IMG/VR virus record: IMGVR_UViG_3300013005_000043
Coordinates: 1 to 59,057 of that record
Reading direction: 5' to 3' (one strand)
From: a virus
Taxonomy: Duplodnaviria > Caudoviricetes
Length of the DNA: 59,057 nt
Shown here: positions 58,668 to 59,057 of the stretch, in pieces
How positions within the stretch are numbered: position 1 is the stretch's first letter
Layout: each line of letters begins with the position of its first letter
Notes under the pieces: model-generated
Databases searched by the model: none
What the model saw: only the letters and a program-made list of their open reading frames with translations
Told to the model about the DNA's origin: nothing
Program-made: the position numbers and the translations under genes

Positions 58668-59057
58668 TTATTGTAATTTATAAATTAATACTGTATATAC
58701 GTCTTTTGAATAATTGCATCGGATATTAACAAATTGATATTTTTCAATCAACATGTCCATAACTAATCCGGGATGCACATAAAAGAATCCTTCATGATGA
58801 TATGTATTTATTGGATTCATTAAGTTAAATGCAACTACTTGTGTTGATAAATTATATAATATATCGATATCACTAAATAGTTTACGTAAATCATCGTCTT
58901 CGGTTTTACATCTACGCTGCGTAAATACGCCGGATGCAACCACCCATTGATGTTTATCGAGTTTAGCAGTTTCAAATGCACCTACATTAACTTTGTCTAA
59001 GCCCCATTTTTGTTCGCCTAAGTGCGTCATTATAGGATTATGGTCTATGGCATTATA
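58668..59057 (-). CDS. Class I SAM-dependent methyltransferase-like protein, 5' end beyond the window
   Basis: The frame stays open to the window edge (YNAIDHNPIM...). WVVASGVF and VAFNL are typical of the C-terminal half of such enzymes. Confidence 0.6.
   Translation of the reverse strand, partial: YNAIDHNPIMTHLGEQKWGLDKVNVGAFETAKLDKHQWVVASGVFTQRRCKTEDDDLRKLFSDIDILYNLSTQVVAFNLMNPINTYHHEGFFYVHPGLVMDMLIEKYQFVNIRCNYSKDVYTVLIYKLQ

Noticed and set aside
1-59057. Stop-codon reassignment, as in some large phages
   Set aside because: Core genes are full length in the standard code, and TAA, TGA and TAG all occur as apparent gene ends.

Overview
AT-rich segment of a large T4-like (myovirus, probably jumbo-class) phage genome, read in standard genetic code. 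Most genes are on the minus strand. From left to right they are: tail-fibre-like proteins (first one truncated by the window edge), neck and tail-completion proteins (gp15/14/13-like), PhoH, major capsid, scaffold, a phage ribosomal protein bS21, prohead protease, portal, large terminase, a nucleotidyltransferase/ligase-like fusion, a single-chain SbcD-SbcC (gp47-gp46) fusion, primase, a T7-endonuclease-I-like resolvase, a kinase-like protein, a long baseplate module, a gp55-like sigma factor, an HD hydrolase and UvsE. An island at about 50-57 kb interleaves plus-strand probable head-packaged proteins with convergent signal-peptide genes. Signal peptides with Gln at +1 and the bS21-in-capsid-cluster layout suggest a Bacteroidota host (inference). 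The most interesting layer is regulatory. (1) A late motif ATATTTAT on the sense strand is the reverse complement of the T4 late promoter. (2) A second promoter class reads TTGGAW-N17-TAWWWT. (3) Shine-Dalgarno sites are concentrated on structural genes, while bS21 and several non-structural genes lack them, consistent with ribosome reprogramming by phage bS21. (4) A GC-rich structured 5' leader precedes the tail-fibre gene. (5) One terminator-like hairpin encloses a late promoter. (6) A repeated convergent cassette pairs a packaged protein with a periplasmic protein. No tRNA, rRNA, CRISPR array or mobile element was seen. All protein calls come from motif recognition by eye, not from database searches.
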